A program made the translations under genes and the position numbers. A DNA stretch of 57,875 nucleotides from the NCBI GenBank assembly GCA_000708835.1, contig DF237518.1, positions 1 through 57,875 on the forward strand, read 5' to 3'. The notes below the pieces were generated by a model. The model worked only from the letters and a program-made list of their open reading frames with translations. It was not told the DNA's origin and did no database searches. This document shows positions 12,625-24,473 of the stretch, piece after piece; the first letter of the stretch is position 1, and the number at the start of each line of letters is the position of its first letter. The DNA comes from Klebsormidium nitens (taxonomy: Eukaryota > Plantae > Klebsormidiophyceae).

Positions 12625-12894
12625 CTATATGTTGCCGTATCTTGCTACAAACCTGCGTGCACATGTTGTTGTGCAATCATTTTCTCCAGCGCTGACTTTT
12701 TTTTCAATGAACTCGAGCATGACATTCCTCGGGGGAGTGCTCATGCGGCGTGTAATTACAACGTTCTTGGGATAGTGCTCTGCGCAGTCACGAAGTTCCT
12801 GAAGTAATTCGGCCCGCGGACACTGTAGCAGTAGAAATTGACGCATAGTACTTGGTGTGCAATGCATCTCATTGTTTCGTTCGAGTACTTCCAA
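12625..12894 (-). CDS. Short accessory ORF between the two PPT-like tracts
   Basis: 89-aa ORF starting 5 nt after the upstream ORF stop; may be a frameshifted continuation of it. Confidence 0.3.
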   Translation of the reverse strand: MEVLERNNEMHCTPSTMRQFLLLQCPRAELLQELRDCAEHYPKNVVITRRMSTPPRNVMLEFIEKKVSAGENDCTTTCARRFVARYGNI

Positions 12895-12899
12895 CCTCT

Positions 12900-13220
12900 T
12901 TATACATTGTACTCTCTATACATTTTATCTATGAAAGCATACCATTGGTAGTTGGCATGCACCAAAACGTTTACCAGATCATGCCACTGATTAACTCGCC
13001 AGGCGAATAGTGCTTTCTTGTTTGGCCAGAAGCCGTGTTCCCACTTACATGCGGTCATTTTTCTTGTGTTGTCGTAGGAGACGTCATCAGGGCATGCTGG
13101 TGGTATGGGTGTGTTGTCAATAGGCGCGAGCTCGTTAAACGGTATGGGCTCGGGCGGTGGTCCCCAACCTGATGAGGTTGGTTGTTGGGTCGTTTCCTGA
13201 GGCGCCGAGCTGGACGCCAT
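12900..13220 (-). CDS. Trp-rich accessory ORF (106 aa), unknown function
   Basis: ATG start shortly after the upstream G-tract; Pro-rich N-terminus then CKWEHGFWPNKKALFAWRVNQWHDL. Confidence 0.45.
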   Translation of the reverse strand: MASSSAPQETTQQPTSSGWGPPPEPIPFNELAPIDNTPIPPACPDDVSYDNTRKMTACKWEHGFWPNKKALFAWRVNQWHDLVNVLVHANYQWYAFIDKMYREYNV

Positions 13221-13255
13221 GTTTTCCGCAGATATAATACAGTATCTTTGTTATT

Positions 13256-13264
13256 CCCCCCCTT
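13256..13264 (-). promoter_or_regulatory. Second PPT-like tract (AAGGGGGGG) just after the pol stop
   Basis: Minus strand AAGGGGGGGAATAA, near-identical to the tract at 12357. Confidence 0.55.
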
Positions 13265-13273
13265 ACTGAGCAC

Positions 13274-13423
13274 TCACACTACACAGCGTGGGCAAAACCA
13301 ATCTCTTTTGGGAATTCTACTGACCGGTGGATTTAAGCAATCCATGTGATAGCCTTCGCTGCAAGAATCGCAGATCAGCATCTTAGATGGTCGGTTGGTT
13401 TTCTTGCAGATTTGACAGGCCCA
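13274..13423 (-). pseudogene. PHD finger (C4HC3) at the pol C-terminus
   Basis: WACQICKKTNRPSKMLICDSCSEGYHMDCLNPPVSRIPKRDWFCPRC. Confidence 0.95.
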
Positions 13424-13429
13424 GTCCTC

Positions 13430-14540
13430 GTCGTATCCTGAAAGCGTAGTGTCCATTGTGAGATCAATGGTTGGATTATGACAGGGGGCACAATTCTCAA
13501 CGTGGTCTTTGATGGTTCTACCATCTCTTCCTTGTAGCCTGAGCGCACCACTCGGTAAGACTTTAGTGATTCGCAAAATGAGTCGGCCTACATTGACGTC
13601 GAGAGTGTCAACTTCCTGCGACGCAGATAGACTAGGTCCCCTACCTCAAACCGTTTAACCTTGGGGCTCCATTTCCCAGTGCGGGTCTTGGCGTACCACA
13701 GGGTGTCTCTGTGTTGTGCGGCTTGAAGGTTGCTAAAGGCAATCGGCATTGCCTTTCGAAACTCCTCGGCGCGGTGGGCAATGACGTCTGCCCGGGTTTG
13801 AGGGTCATCTAGGTTGACCGGGGTGTTGATCATGTCTCGGAGGCTAGCTCCCACTACTGGGTGGCGCCCAAACATTAAGAAGTAGGGGGAGTAGTCTCCT
13901 AGTGCAAGCTGCTTGGACATGCGGTAGCCCATGGCGATCCAAGGCACCCATGTATCCCAGGTGTCAACTGCGTGAGTTAGTACGTATTTACGAACGGCTT
14001 GTTTTGTGGTTTGAACGGTTCGTTCTGCCAGGCCGTCTACTTGTGGGTGATCCCGTGATGTTTTGCGGTGATCAATAAGAAGTTCCTTGCACAGTGTGTC
14101 AAATTCTCCCTAGAATTCTGACCCTTGGTCGGTGAGTACTTCTGCTGGTGCCCCAAAATGGGTGCATACTTGGAGAAAAGCCTTGGCTGTTTCTTCTGAT
14201 GTGTTATCAATCAGTGGAACCAGTTCTATCCACTTAGAGAAGTGCTCTATCATTACCATGATGTACCAAACCCTGTTGCTGAAGGAGGGAGTGGACCTGC
14301 GAGGTCACAACTCCATCGGTACTCTAAGCCCATTATTGGTAGGGGCTTGAGCAGTGAGTCTTTCACATTAAAGCTGGCTTTAACGCGATCGCATACCTGG
14401 CAGCTTGCTACCAACTGAGCTACCCGCTCATGCATGCCTGCCCACCAAAACGTGGGTTCTAATAACGAGTAAGTTCGTTTAACTCCGAAGTGGCCTAATT
14501 GGCGATGAATGTTGTGTACCAGTTCGGCCCTTGCTCCGGG
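13430..14540 (-). pseudogene. pol: DDE integrase with H2C2 zinc-binding domain (frameshifted)
   Basis: HRQLGHFGVKRTY..FWWAGM..SCQVCDR; RWSCDLAGPLP; core near 14040-14260 reads VLTDQGSEF..HPQVDGLAER; YSPYFLMFGRHP. Confidence 0.93.
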
Positions 14541-15463
14541 TGGTGGGACTCTCTTTGCGAGCCCATCGTTGGTTACTTTGATGAGGGTATGGTTGTCAAA
14601 CTTACACCCCTGCGCTGTGCGCCATATTCTGTCCCGTTCCTTGCGGGTTGTGTGGCTTGGGTAGGTGCAATTATCCTGCAGATATTGCATAGTGTTTGCG
14701 TCAGACCAGATATCAGTGATGAGTACTTCGCCCGAGTCGTCACCCAGGAGGTCTCCATCTTTATTTGTCCCTTGAAAGTGTGAGTTGTCTGATTCCTCTA
14801 TGTCATTAGTTGATTCAGCTAGGGGAATGACTGCGTCGGTGCCCGTGACGCCGGTAGTTGGCTCAGCTACCAAGCTTGCCTCTGATGGGGGAAGTGCTGA
14901 CTCAGATTGGGCTTGTGAAAGGGTCAGCTCAGAAGATTCGCCAGATAGAATTGCAGTTCCCTGAGTGACATGAAGATCGGGGGCGGCTGTTTGATCTTGT
15001 GCTTCGTGCGTTGGGTTGGCATTTGCTGGAGATGAGATGTCAGCACTCACCCTTGAGGCGAGTTGCCTTGAAGCGCATGCCTTAAGCTTCATGACGTGGC
15101 CTGTAGTTGGCAGGTCCCCCGTCGAAAATCTCTGCACGGGAAAGAAAGCAACGTGGCTTGTTGTTTCTGTGTTCAGGTCTCTGCTCTTTGAGCCTGCATG
15201 CACATGTCGGAATGCATGATGGAAAGGCTGGACTTCTCTATGGATTGATCGTCCCTGGCTGCTTTCAGTCGACTTAGCAGTCCATTGGTGACTGGCAATT
15301 CTAGCTAAGTAAGCAGCTATGATATTGGGCGCGTCAACCAAGGGTGGCTTGTGCTCTGTCACAATCCCCTTTGCTCCCATGGTCTTCGGACCATTGTGAG
15401 CCCCAATGTCTTTCTGACTAGTGACACATGGTTGCCATGATTCTGTGGTGATCATGGGTTCTT

Positions 15464-16007
15464 TCACTGACTCAAGCGGCTGAACGTGGTCCATTCTGGC
15501 GCCGGTTGAATCCTCTTCAGACGGAAGTGGGTGCGAGATAACCCGTCTGCATCTAGGTTTCTAATTCTTGACCTGTGTTTGATGTAGATGTCATATTCTT
15601 GAAGAATATTAGCCCACCTGGCGTGCATTCCTCGTAGCTTCTCGTTGGTCATCAGCCATTCCAACGGTTCGTGATCTATAATCAGAGTATACTTGCGGCC
15701 GTACATAATATCTGAAGTGGGAAACAGCCCAGACCGCTGCTAGGCACTCACCATGATAGCTCGAATAGTTCCTTTCCGTCTTGTTGCAACTGCGACTGGC
15801 ATAGGCAACCACATACTCGTTGCCGTCATCATCTCGTTGTGTGAGTACTCCTCCCAGCCCCTGCGCACTCCAATCGGTGTGCAGTTCAAACTCTCGGTTG
15901 AAATCGGGCCTGCGTAGGATGAGGGCTTCAGTTAGGTGTTTCTTCAGGGTTTCAAACGCTTCCTGACACTCAACTGTCCAGTCGTATGTAACTCCTTCCT
16001 GTAGCAA
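15464..16007 (-). pseudogene. pol: RNase H (Ty3 type, frameshifted)
   Basis: ELHTDWSAQGLGGVLTQ, VAYASRS, ERNYSSYHGECLAAVWAV, IIDHEPLEWL, DADGLSR. Confidence 0.95.
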
Positions 16008-16037
16008 GTGATTCAGGGGACTTGCTATCTTACTGTA

Positions 16038-16931
16038 TCATTTGACAAACTTGCGGTAATATCCCGCAGTTCCTAGTAAGGCTCTTAGTGCACTGACGTC
16101 TGGTGAAGGTGGAATTCGCAAAATAGCCTCAACCTTCTCTTCTCGCACGGCAGTCCCTTCGGAGACTATTAGATGCCCTAGGTATCCGACATCGGGTTCT
16201 GCTGTTCGCATTTTCTTGGGCTGGCACTTCAGTCCCCTTTCCCGAAGTCGCTGGGATACTTGCGTCAGGTGTGTCAGGTGTTCTTCAAAGGTTCTGCTGA
16301 AAATGATGAGGTCATCAACATAACAACGACAAAACGCTCTTTTTGCACGAAGGGTTTGGCCCATGACCTTTTGAAAGAAGGCGGGTGCATTCTTTAATCC
16401 AAACGGCATAACTAGCCACTCGTATAACCCATCTGCTCCCCAGAAAGCCGTCTTGCAGCGATCTTTTTCTGCAATCCGGATTTGATTGTAGCCCTGGCGG
16501 AAGTCGAGTGTGGTGAACAGCTTAGCGTTGCCTAGGACATCAAATATTTCCTCTGGTGTTGGTATCTGGTAGTGATCAGTAACACTTACCCTATGAAGGC
16601 CGCGATAGTCACCGCAAGCCCTTCGTTGTGTCCAGTCTCCATTCTCATCCTTCTTTGGTGGCATCGTGATCGGGGAGGCCCATTGTGATGTGGATGGTCT
16701 AATGAGTCCATTCTTGAGGCGTTTGGCTACTTGCTGTGCGAGATCCTCTTTTTCTGTTTGTGCCAGGCGGTATTGATGTTTGAACACTGGCGTTTCATCG
16801 GTGACTGGGATTTCGAATTCTACTCCAGGTATCGTGGTCATCTCCTTCATGCTGAAGGCAAAGATGTCCCTGAAGTTGTCTAGAAGTTCTGTTAGCTGAC
16901 TCTTTTGTTTGGGTGTCAGGGACTGTCCCAT
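16038..16931 (-). pseudogene. pol: Reverse transcriptase
   Basis: SQWASP, CGDYRGL, FTTLDFRQGYNQI, MPFGLKNAPAFFQ, CYVDDLIIFS, YLGHLI. Confidence 0.97.
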
Positions 16932-17543
16932 GGGCCAACTCCATTCTTCTGTTTCCTCTGCAGTCTTATCAGTAGCTTCTTTGCTCCCTGCAGGTGCTTT
17001 GCTCCGACATGTAGTTACTGGTTCAGGTGAGTTTGTGTTAGGTGGGGTTTTCTCAGTTAACCCTTACTTGCTTGTGACTCCTGGTCTGCTCAGCACTTGT
17101 GTTGTATCTGAGCCTGAGTTGAGAGTCTTGTGCTCGCTTGGCGAGCATTCCCTGCCCTTCCCTGCGCGTCTCAGTTGAAGTCTGGCTTCTTGTCTGCTGA
17201 GAGGGTGATCAGGGCGCTCTGCGCTTGTGTTCAACTAGCTGTCATTGCTTCCTTCCAGCGTCTTCTCAAGGTTGCCGGTTGTTTTCAAGCGGTCGTTGGC
17301 GAAGCGAATTTCGTTCTGATAGTGGTCTCCCCCCCCCCTTGCATAGGGAATATATCATCATGGGCGTTCACTATGCACTCGTGTGCGGAAATTGGGGTGT
17401 GATACAATTGAGCGTTGATTAAGTGTAGCTAGTTGGTAAAGCTCATTGTTTGATATGAGTCTGGAAGTAGGTATGTGGCTAGTTTGTGCTAGGTGAGTCA
17501 CGCTAGCGGGTCGGAGCTTGGTTAGCTGTGACTCGGCGCGCCG

Positions 17544-18530
17544 TCAGTTGAGGAAGAAGGTGTGTTGAAAGACCATGATGGCTCCCATGATGAATTTTAT
17601 TTGGAACATGTCCATTGTTCCTCCTAGCATGGGCATACAATCTGCTTCTGAGACTCGGTGATGATTGCTTGTGCCGACCATGAATCCCATGGCGGCCTCG
17701 CGTTCATTGGCCGTGGGTTCCTCCAGCTGTCCCGTGTTAATATTTGTGAGTAAGCTGTGCCCGTTATTACGGTAGGCATGGGAACCTTTGACCGTGACGA
17801 AGTGGAGAATGCCCGTAGTGGCTTCCCAATTTCATTGACTACATAATTGCCGGGCACTGATTCATGCGCGGCTAATCGAGCCTCGTGATGAGGCTCCTGG
17901 ATGTCGCTAACTGACTCGATTAGTAAACGTGTGGGCTACCGTATTCTCCAATAGTTTATCAGGAACTCCATTTGTCCAAAAGCGCCGATGGCGGTGCGCG
18001 TATGATCCAACGGCCACAGCGTCAAATGCTACACCATGTCCTAATATTCCTTTGACTATGTGATTATATTCATGGGCGACTTGTGCGTCGCAATGATCCG
18101 TTGCATCCACATTTTCAAACAGCCAGACACATGGGCCATGATATTTATACACTGCGCAGACTATCTCTACGCACTTGTAAAATAGTGCAGTGCGCGTGTC
18201 GCGCAGACCGAGTGGTCGCGTGGCTGCCGAGGAGAACCCTTGGCATGGAAATCCAACAATAATAATATCTGGTGGCTCTAGTGTAGCTATGTGTTCATCT
18301 GTGACTTCTAACAGATCCGGTGGGAGATGGTTATGACTATTTACCACTGCATCTTCCGAAATGAGGTGTGGGAACAATTTGGCGAGAGTGGCCAGCCGTT
18401 GCTCAGCCACGTCTCGGCTGCATTCTTCCAATTCACATGCGTAAACTTTTCTAATGTTTATGCCTGTGCGCACGAGACTTTTGTCGCTGCGCACAGTCCT
18501 GAACAGAGTTCCAAAACAACTAGGCCGTGG
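17544..18530 (-). pseudogene. C5 cytosine DNA methyltransferase domain (DNMT3-like) between protease and RT, about 3 frameshifts
   Basis: Motif I LVVLELCSGL (about 18490-18525); IV IVGFPCQGFS (about 18233-18262); VI WLFENV (about 18108-18125); VIII AHRHRRFWTN (about 17972-18001); IX EEPTANEREAAMGF and X MLGGTMD in a frame not in the ORF track (about 17716-17600). Confidence 0.92.
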
Positions 18531-18883
18531 CTATTTACAACCGACTGTTCATGAATGTCTACAAGATTAGGATCCAATGGAGATCCAAAACGAGCTTCTA
18601 ATTGGAGGGCCGGCTGTGCCGGCTCTGTCAAACTACGTATAGTTCGCTGAAACTTAGCAAGTATGCTATGTGTTTCTAGCTGATCTCTAAACTCTAATTG
18701 GAGCCGGGTGGCTCTCTCCTCGTGCGGCGTCACGGGCGCAGGAACTGGTCCGGTGCACAACTGTACAATGCTGATGGGGGCCTGGGAGCGCGTGGCGTCG
18801 TCAGGCGCCCTGCATATGACAAGGTAGCTTAACTAATGCGTGAGCTTGTCGCAGCGCTGATGCAGGTGTTGACCAAGTCCACA

Positions 18884-19340
18884 TTAAAAATGGATGGAAG
18901 TTCCGCGGTGGTTGCGTTTTCTTCCCACCACATGGGGTAATACGTAACGGTTTGGTGATGGGTTTAATGTTAACCCGATTCTACCAATTACGCTCATTCC
19001 TATCAAAGTTTCTTTGGTCTGTGAAGGAACTATGGTTAGTTTAACCTGGACGGTGGTCGCGGCGGAGGTTCCTGGATCAACAGAAATTTCGACTGTGTCC
19101 CAAGTGCGATCAACGGGTGCCGTGGTGACGGCATCCGCTGTGATTAAGCTGATGGCTTTTCGTTGTCGCATTTCTGGCGCAATTCCCAACTTTTTGGCTG
19201 TCCAATTGGAAATTATAACACTTTCGCAGGCGGTGTCAACGGTTAACCATTCCAGAGCAACACCGTTAATCAGGAAACAGGGGTTAGGTCCTGAATTGTC
19301 TATCCTAGGTGCGTGGTTAATCCTGACACACGTTCTGAAT
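18884..19340 (-). pseudogene. Retropepsin aspartic protease
   Basis: Upstream extension of ORF 18884-19189 reads FLINGVALEWLTVDTACESVIIS (DTA at 19229-19237); later ETLIGMSVIGRIGL. Confidence 0.8.
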
Positions 19341-19881
19341 GGCTGACCAATGACATTTTGTTTGATTTGGCATACTCAATTGGGCTTAAGAATTGTTGAA
19401 ACGACCGCGCGTGCTGTTGGGCTGAGTTGGCTTGCTGGACTGGGAGATCGCAGAAAGCCAACGGCGGTGCGTAAATTCTGTGCCTTATAGCAGAAGGCTG
19501 TTTTACTTCACACCAAGTGTAATGTCGGTGAACACCTGACGCGGTAGCATGCAGAAACTGTGATGCTAAGCACAGTCGCATGAACAACGCAACAGTCTGC
19601 CACGCGGTGCGAAACCCTTCTGTGATTTCCACATCCGTAATTGGTTTTTGAAAACTGTAAACCAATGGCTCTGGCTCTAGCAGCCAGCGAGATTTGACCA
19701 AAATTTTCAGTCCTTCCTCCAACAAAGTCAAAAGTTTGTTGGGGAGACTGTGGGCGGATGTCAAATGAAACTCTAATTCTAAATCGGCTGTTAATTCTAA
19801 TAGTCGATTCACAGCCTGCCTCTGAACAAGTGGTAATCCTCTGGCTGTGGAAGCTGGGGTTAGTTCTGAGGTGGGCAATTC

Positions 19882-22019
19882 TCATTCTTGGTTCAAATCT
19901 TGTTCCCGTGACGATTTGGCTTGGTGGGCTGTCCATCGTGATAGCCAAAACATTTTCAAATTTTGTATGGCTGTCCAAAACGTATGCGTACTCACCACAG
20001 CTTGGTCGTCGTTGTCGGGATCGTCGTCATCGTAGCGGCGGCGAAGGGGTCCCCTGGCAGGCGGGTACAGCTCCTCAGGGTCGATGGTGGCCAGCTCAAC
20101 AGGGGCTAGCAGCTTTTTCTTCTTGCGACTGGGGGGCTGCTCCGTGTCGGCCTCGGCCGCGTGGGCGACGAGCTGCTTGCGTGGGAGGCTCACGTCCTGG
20201 CGCTGGCGGTCCTTTCTCTTCTTCTTGCGCGGCGGTGCGTCCGCGCTGTCAGGTACCGGCGTCTCACGGACCAACTCCGTGTCCGTTCGCGTCGTCTTCT
20301 TGACGCGCTCCACAGGTACAGTGGCGTCCCTGTCCACGCTGATGACGGAGCGCGGGGACTTGGCGATGGGGCCTTTATTGCCCTTGCAGCGCAGCGGCAG
20401 GGGAGAGTCCTCCTTTGGGCCTGGGCCCCGGAGTCTGACGGCGATGCGCCGTCCTTGGCGGTCTAGGCCGCCGAGTGGGTGTTGTCCTGGGGGGTCTGCT
20501 GGTCGCGGGGGCCCAGGTCGTGCCCCAAGACCTCTGCGGTGGCGGCGGCGTCTCCCGCGGTCTCCTCCAGGTCAGGGCCGCCCTGATCCTGCAGGTCGGG
20601 GGCGTCCTCCGCTCCCTAGTCCTCGGGCTGGTTCTGGCCCTGGTTCTCCGGCTGACCGCCCGCAGCGGCCTGAGTGGCCGGGATGTCTTCTTCGTAGAGG
20701 GGGGCGTTCGGCCCCATGACGTTCTGGTACAGGGCGGTGACCATCTTGCGCAGGGGGATGGGGCGCGCTGGTTTGATGGGCCGGCCGGGGTGCTGCGCGT
20801 CCCAGTTCTGCTCCATCTCCTTGGCCTTGTCGATGGACAGGATGCATCGCTCGACCGAGGCGGCGTCTTGCATGGGGAAGAGGTGGTGCTCGACGGCGAT
20901 GATCCGCTTATCGATCTTGCCCGCGTGCTTTTCCTTGTTCTTGAGGGGGATGCGGCGCTGGATGAGGCACATGATGAACCCGATGTAGTCCTTCCTCCAC
21001 TGGTCCGTCATCTTCCGGAACTCGGGCAGGTCGTCGTCGTTGGTGATGACGTGGGTCTTGTGGAAGGGGCTGAGGCGGTCCTTTCCAGGGAGCGCCTGGC
21101 GCGGCCGCTGCATAGCGTTGAGGCGGTCCCGCAGGACCAGAGTGTCTTCTGTGCAGGGGGGCGGGTTCTCTGCATAGGGGAAGATGGGAAAAAGGTCATC
21201 CCACTCTTCCTCTTCCACTCCGGTCAGGTCCTCGCTGTCGGTTCCCTCCGTTTCCGAGGGAACGTAAGCGTCTCCCGAGCTATCAGAAGGACTTTCCTCT
21301 ACGGGCGATTCTGATTCTGTCCCTGAGCATGCATCTGAGCCCTCTGATTCTGACGACTCTGACGTCATGGCATTGTCCTGGACATTCATTCCTGCCACCA
21401 CTTCCGAGGGAATGTCAAGTTCCTCTAGTTCAGAAACGTCCATGATGTCGTGGGTGGGTGGCGGCTGTGACCCACTGGGCTCGCTCGCATTTTGCATTTC
21501 CGGCTTTTTCGGGTTCTGGGGTTCCTCAAAAGGCAATTCTACGGACTGCCCACCTGCTGCATTGCTTTGCTCCTTGTCCTGCGCACGCCTCTGCGCGGCG
21601 CCAGATGCCTCTGCAGCGGTCCCCCGCTTTCCCCGCTCCTCCTGATGCCTGGGCCGAAGGTTTTGTGCCATGGTGCGTGGGCGCTGTGGCGAAATGATGT
21701 GCTGGTGGCAGGGAGTAACCGCTGACTCTGCGGTTAAGCTGAGAAGAGAAGTGGCTGCCTCCGCAGCCCTTGTGGACAAGACAAATGGTGAACTGTCCCT
21801 GGATAGGGTGACCGCTCCGGAGGGAACAATTGGCTGGGTAGGCTCAGCCATGTCTTGTAGCAGAATTTCTTCAAGCCGAATGGCAGACTTGTAGTCGACT
21901 GTCAAGTCGACGTTTCCAAGCTTGGATGTAAGTTTGCTAGTCACTTTGTGACATTGGGGCATGCTCGTGCATGAGTCCGCAAGACTCGCACGTGCTGCCT
22001 TTTCCAGGTGGATTGTCAA
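19882..22019 (-). pseudogene. gag-protease linker ORF containing a GC-rich inserted coding segment (about 19996-21290)
   Basis: 467-aa ORF 20616-22019 and 151-aa ORF 19882-20337; abrupt switch to G/C-ending codons after an acidic Ser-rich stretch. Confidence 0.6.
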
Positions 22020-22250
22020 GGTACTTGATTCCTTTGGACATCCACCAGACTCAGCTGCTGGTAACTAATGTGGGGCTTCTAGCAAGTTTGGTGTTAATAG
22101 TTAACTTGATTTGAGCCTCTTCTGACTCAAGTCCTGAACTAGATTGGGCTGACGAAGTAGACCCTGTGGGGTCTAGGCGTCATTGCTGCTAACTGAGCAA
22201 TTTGTTTGGCTTGTTCCTCTGGTGACAGTGACAGTGACTGGAACCCAAAA

Positions 22251-24473
22251 TTATAACCACGGGGATCCCTTTTTGAGCAGAGCCTGGAATTCCGGGTGGG
22301 GATTCTTGTAGCTATTGGGGTTTGGTTCTGCTGGGGGTGTCCTAGGACTGCCTATTAACTGTGGATCAGCAGGATCCTTCCAATATTCATAATCCTTATG
22401 ATGTTTATTGGTTACGATTGGTGGTAGCTTGGCCACTTCTTCTAATTCCTTGGTCATTTTAATACTGCGCATATGTTTTTCACGTTCCTCCTTCCTTCTT
22501 TGGGCGTCAGTTCTGAGTTGATCTTTCAAGTTTCGGTATGAAATATGGCATTTCTCGAGCCTCAGCTTTTGTAATTTCTAGGGATCGAAAAGTGTCCGAT
22601 TTTGCAGTGTAATTGATAGTGTTACTATTGTCGTCATTTCCCCCCCCTCGCATTGGAACGAAATTTCTCAATCTCCTTGCTGGGGCGAAAACTTAATGGC
22701 ATGTCGGGATTCCGCCTGAGAAATTGCGTTTCAGTGCGCTGTCGAGAGTATTTCTTTTCTGTCCGCTTTCGTTCACGCTTTTTGGTGACAGTTGCCGGTT
22801 CTGGTTTGGTTAATTTGTCTTTATTTCGCTTGCGCTGAGCCGCTTTGGCTTGTGTTTCATCATGTATTTTATTTTCGAGATTTTCCAAATCAAATTCGAA
22901 TTGTTCAATCCTGTCTTGATATTCCACAGCCTGCGCGCGCGCCTGCTTGACATGTATCGGTAGGGGATTTTCTGATGCTATTTCATGGGAACTGGCGGGG
23001 CTGGATCCTCGGGAGGAATATGCGTTTGAGATTTAATGGCGCTTTTCATACTCTTTCCAGAGTTCCTTTTTCTGTGCGCTGTCATTGGTCCCTCGGTTGT
23101 TCCGGCAGCTGTGAACGGCTGCGGAACTCCGAGTGGGTTGATTACGTGGCCGGGTGGCCAGCTCACTGTCAGGATGTAGTGCGATGCATTTAGATGAATC
23201 ATGTGTGTTTATCCGATGATGTGTACACCATGGTTTGCCGGGTATGTGTTGATTGATAGGTCCATTTGTGACAGGTCGGTTTGGACATTGGGCAGCTTGG
23301 TGCCCCTGGCATCTGGTGACATCTCAAACATGGGCCTGGTTGAAATGAAGTGGGCGCAGTCTGCGCTGTCTTTGCACTTGTTTTATGGGGGTTACTCCGG
23401 CAGTTGGCTGCTGAGTGCCCTGTACGTCCGCAAACTTTACACTTGGGCTTGTTGCTCCTATATTTATTATCAATCTGAGGATGGTTATTGTTAGTAGAAC
23501 TATTTTTAGACGTAATGGTCTTTGGATTTAATAACTTCTCTTGGTTTATAATCTTCTCAAGCTTTTCAGCCTCTGACCGTACTAGTTCTACTGTCCATGT
23601 GCTAATGTCTTCATATTGAAACTGTAACTTTGTACGCAACTTAGACTGTATGTTCCACGGCAAAGCATTGAGTAGCTTCTCAGCTGCCTTCGTCTGTGGT
23701 TGCTTAAGGTCTAATGCTAATTTGGACATACGTTGACTAGCTGTAGTAATTGATTCATTCTCCTCCACCTTGAAGTCTCCATAGGCTTGTATCTTGGCAG
23801 CCGAATCCTTTGGATATGCCTGCAAAAGACGAGCCCACAATTCAGTGACTGGATCGCCCAGAAAGGTTGTAATTGTTAGAGGTTCTGGTGGCAAAACTAG
23901 CCGGACAGCCGTTCCGCGTTGTTCTGCGGTCTGAGCATCCCATGCAGTTTTGGCCTGTTCCTAAGTGAGTTTGCCTCTAAGGTAGTTGGATTGCAACGCC
24001 GCATTGTGTGTTGCTAACTCCTCTTCCTTTTCTGTGAGGAGGGCAAGGCAAGTATCATGGGCTGCCCCGCCCGTTTTGAACATGATCACATGAAATTTGT
24101 TAGTGGTGGTCAGCCTGTCATAACCTGCTTGCAACTTATGTGTGGCCTCGCAGGCTGCATAAGTTGAACGTAGGTTGTCCAAAGTGACAGATGATTTTGG
24201 CTCTCCTGTGAACTTATGATTAAATGAATCAAGTTCCTTGAGTGCCATCTTTACTGTGACGGATGATCCTGAGTTTGCTAAATCAAATTTTTCAGACGCG
24301 TCAGTGGCCTGAGTGACAGCAGAGGTCTCACCTCGTACGCTTCTTTGTCGGCGGTTCCCCCACTGGATAAAGGGTGGCCGCGGCCCTTCGGTCTTGTACG
24401 ATGAACCTTGGGCGTAAGGATTCTGAAGTTCTCTGCGGAGCTGGTATCCGTCTTCAGAATTTAAATTGGACAT
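22251..24473 (-). pseudogene. gag: gag (frameshifted) with zinc knuckle(s) and coiled-coil tail
   Basis: CKVCGRTGHSAANC (23400-23441), second degenerate knuckle CLRCHQMPGAPSC, capsid-like DFKVEENESITTASQRM..LLNALP; K/E/R-rich coils at 22251-22927. Confidence 0.75.

Noticed and set aside
20475-21314. 279-aa plus-strand ORF
   Set aside because: Antisense shadow of the GC-rich minus-strand coding block.
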